This document shows positions 53,901-58,494 of a stretch of 64,000 bases of DNA, in pieces. The translations under genes were made by a program, and so were the position numbers. The stretch is taken from NCBI RefSeq assembly GCF_006345805.1, contig NC_043006.1, forward strand, positions 52,266,001 through 52,330,000, in the 5' to 3' direction. Below the pieces are notes generated by a model that worked only from the letters and a program-made list of their open reading frames with translations, did not search any database and was not told where the DNA came from. This DNA comes from Octopus sinensis. Lineage: Eukaryota. The stretch's first letter is position 1. Each line of letters begins with the position of its first letter.

Positions 53901-56900
53901 GAATTTATTTAAAAAAATTCTTTTGCTAAAGCTTATTTATGGTAAACACTTTTATTTATACTTTACTTTTCATTCAATTCATTTTCCATAAGCGAGTTGA
54001 GGACCTTCTGCAATTCACTCTGGATCTTGACAATGGTATTGAAATAACAACCTTTGAGCTGTATTTTCATCTTGGGGAAGAGATGGAAGTCTGCAGGTGT
54101 TAAATCTGGTGAATAGAATGGGTGTGGAAGTGATACTATGTTGTTTTGGTGAAAAATTCGTGAGTGAGGAGAGCTCAATGACACGGTGCATCATTGTCAT
54201 GAAGAATCCAATTCTTTGCACTCCACACATCTGGTCACTTTTGCCAAATGTCCTTCCTCAAATGCTTCAAAATGTTGCAGTAGAACTCTCAATTAATGGT
54301 CTGGCTCCGAATGATGAATTCTCAATGCACAATACTATGAATGTCAAAAAAGGAAATTGAGCATGCTTTTGATTGAGCTGCGGCTCTGTCATGCCTTCTT
54401 TGGCTACGGAGATGAAAATCTATTCCACTGAGACAACTGTTGCTTCATCTCAGGGTTGTACCCATAGACCCAACTTCCATCACCAGCGATGATCCTTGAC
54501 ATGAAGGATGGGTCATTAGTAGCATGTTTATGGATATCTTGACAGACTTTGATGTGATGTTCTTTCTGCTCAGTGGTCAGCAGGCAGGGGACAAACTTGG
54601 CAGAGACACACCACATGTTCAATTCAGACGTTAGGATTGCCTGCACAGACTCATACAACAGACCAAAAACATCAGCAATGTCATTGGTTGTCCTTCAACG
54701 ATCCTCATACATAAGCTGATGAATTTTCTCCATATTCCTGGGTGTGACGCATGTGGCAGGTCTTCCATATTTCTCATCAGCTTTCAGGAATGTTCTTCCA
54801 CTTTTGAAGCACTTGTGCCACTTAAAACATTGCATATGACCCATTGCCTCATCACCTCATTGCTATAAGCTTGTCAAAGTATGCTCTTTGTTCCAACTTC
54901 CTGCCCATGACAAAAATCACAGACTACAGCATACACATGATCACAAAAACACAAATGTCACAACTTGCAAAGTAAACACAGCAATGTCACTTCGCATACT
55001 GCCTTGTGAAGGTCACTGCTAGCTCCCACTCTATACACAACCATGTATTGCCATCTGTACTAGTCTGGAAACTTCTTGATACTACCTCGTATGTAGGTAA
55101 CATATTTAGAATTTCAAAATCTAAAAATCATTGTATTTGTTAAAGAATTAAGCCTTGATGATAATTTTTATCTTTAACCATTATTGAAGTATATAAGAAC
55201 ATAGTATAATAATTTTATTCACTTTTACAGCTTATTGATTACTTGACCTCTGAAACAATTACCATAAAGTTATGGGGATGTCATAGAAGTTCCAAGAAAG
55301 ACAATGACATGACACAAGTTCCTTCAATAAGTGAACCAGTCCAACAATCAGAAGATATTGTAAATAATTTTACATTTTATTTGGTGTTTGATTATATTGA
55401 AATAATTTTAGTAAATTTCATATTTTAATATTCTTTAGTGAGTATCATTATTGTTGAAGCATCACTTTGACACCAACACTTTATTTGGCAATTATTTTAT
55501 CAACTTCATTCTAGTTTGTAACCAAAATTTGTTCACAAGTCTATGATAGACCTGAACCAAGGGGTAGAAAACATCTGCCCAATGTGCTATGCAGTGAGAT
55601 TGAACTCAGAATATCATTAGCATCAATACAAAACAGACTGCTTAACAACATAGACATAACACTTTAGAACTCTATGCAATTTGATAATGTAAATTAATTC
55701 TTTAAAATATCTGAATAGTTTTGAAATTTTTCTAAAATTTCTTATAAATTGACTCTTAAAAGAAGTAAGTTTGTTAATAACTTTTTTTCCTTTAGGAGCC
55801 AAGAGCAAATCAGGCAAAATTTTTAATGGAACTTCATATATTAAAGAGAAAACAAAGAAAACAGGAAACAAAACTGGTAATAATTGTTATAATGCTTTAT
55901 ATAAATAAAGTCACATTGCTATAAATATATATAAAAATATGCCTTCTCTTCTTACTCACTTTCCCTCCACTTTTCACTTCACTGTGTCTCTGTCATTTTT
56001 TCTCGCCCCTCCTTAATTCTTCTGTCCCTCTGCATCTACTTCTCTCTCTTCTTTTCCACGTGACTGAGCCAAGCCTGCCCTTTCTTTCTTGGTCTGACCA
56101 TTGTCCGTGCAACATCAATATTCTTCTCTGTTATTGTGAAAGTTTTGTATCTCTGCTGTAAGGCTTCATTTCCATATGCACCAGCTTAATTCAATTCGTC
56201 CTTAGTAGAAAGACACCTGTTGTTATGTCCTGTTATTATTTTTATTGTATTTTTTATTGTATTTATATTTGTGTAACATTGTCTGTTTTTTTAATTAATT
56301 TTACCAAGTAGTGTTCAGTATGGGAAGAAATAGCTAAGATTTTTGGCTGCTATTTCTAAAAAGTTTGGTGTGTGGTAAAGTAAATTATTTTACTGAACCC
56401 TATTTTTATAATGTAATGTTTCAAATATACCGTAAATGGTCTTTTTACATACTGAACACTACTTGGTAAAATTAATTAATAATTAATTAGTTTTACCCTT
56501 TTATTATTGACAATATAATTCTCTCTCCCTGAAATTTTAACTACAGTTCTCTCTGTAGAAATGTATCACTCTGTAACCCACGTGGGAGGAAGGGGACGAA
56601 TGCGAGGCCTCACTTGTATTTTTGAATTCGTTGGTACTGGCAGTCTAATATGGTTTGTCTGGGATTACTCATACCAGACGGGTATGTTTAATTTTTAGTA
56701 CTTTCAAATCCAAATCTAAGAAATCTTTGAGCTGACGAAGGAAGTGCTGATCTTTATAATCAACTAATCCAGAAACGGGCCTGTTCTCAGGTAATCTTAT
56801 AGACGTGTGACCTTTCGTTATTTTTCCCTCTATACCTGTGTGAGTTATTTTTGAGTATGCATTGTCTGGGAGATTTTTCTTACAGTAGAAGAAATAGCTA

Positions 56901-58450
56901 AGATTTTTGGCTGCTATTTCTAAAAAGTTTGGTGTGTGGTAAAGTAAATTATTTTACTGAACCCTATTTTTATAATGTAATGTTTCAAATATACCGTAAA
57001 TGGTCTTTTTACATACTGAACACTACTTGGTAAAATTAATTAATAATTAATTAGTTTTACCCTTTTATTATTGACTATATATATATATATATATATAACC
57101 ACATGTAAATCATTGGTGATTTTCTTCCCATGTCTTCCTTTCTATTGGACTTTACTCTGTTTCTGAAGAAGTATGTTTGGTCAAAACGTTAAACCATCTT
57201 TCTTTCCTTCCCTGGGCATCTGCTAATACTTTACATGTACTACATCCTCATGTTGTTGTTGTTTTTTGCGTGTGGCCACAATAAACATGTCACCTGGGTT
57301 TACTACCAGCGAGATTACAGCCTTCTGAGAGTCATGTTAGGTGGCTCAACGATGACCAACACCATCTAAAATGGTGACTCCAGCATGAGCACAGACTTCT
57401 AAAATGGTAACCCAACATGGGAAATGGACTTATTCCTCTAAAATGGTGGACACCAAGCAAATACAGACCAATGAATACGTATACCCTTTTCTCCTTTGTG
57501 ACTTTGGCTATGCAACCAAATCACCTCTCATCATATAGGAACACCACTGATGTTTCTTGTCGCCATATTGTCTTCTTCATCAGGAAAATTTTGGCACCAT
57601 TTTCAAGAGGGAAACTGCAAATCATTTTTCCTCAGGTTGTAATCGAACTTACAACTCAGTCATTCGAAGACACAGTGTCCCAGAGAATTTTCTTCTTGCT
57701 TATAAAAAAAAGAAAAAATATTACCAGGATTTTCTCCAGATTTCACATGGACAGAAAATTTTCCTGCATGCCACCTGGATTATTCACACCATTGGCCATA
57801 ATTCTTCTGTTTTCATCTTCTGCTATTGAAAAAAATTCCGAGTTCGCTACTCGTTATTTCTTCTTTCAACTAGGGTGTTTTGACTGCTATTTCTAACAGC
57901 GTTTCTTAACCAGTTGTTCTTTGTGCCATCCTGTTTTCTTATTATCGTCCAAGATGAGTAATTTTCCTTTGCCTCAATATCATGAATTTAGAATTTTCCA
58001 GTAAATGGTATATTACATCTAGTTTATTTCTTATTTTCACAGCTAAAATACATTTTATTATTTTCACAGCTAAAATACATATTTATATCTATTTATTCTA
58101 TAGTTATTATTTCGAATTTTAATAATATTAATTTTATTATTATCGATTTGAAGATATAGTCACAAAACACGCGTAGTCAATTTAATGTTTATTTAATTTA
58201 TTGATTTTTGAATATTTATTATAGCATATTCAAATTTTTTCTATATGGTATAAATAATGTCTTTCAGTATTGAATTGCTTAATGGAGGTTATTTCTCTTA
58301 ATTATATACATACATACATGCATGCATACATACATACATACATACATACATACATACATACATACATACATACATCATACATACATACATACATACATAC
58401 AGACATACACACACACATATCTATATACATATATATATATACATACATAC

Positions 58451-58494
<44 letters not shown>

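Noticed and set aside
58032-58082. Short tandem duplications (ttattttcacagctaaaatacat x2; also aatatcactacacttttt x2 at 61535-61580)
   Set aside because: Ordinary slippage duplications with no further structure.
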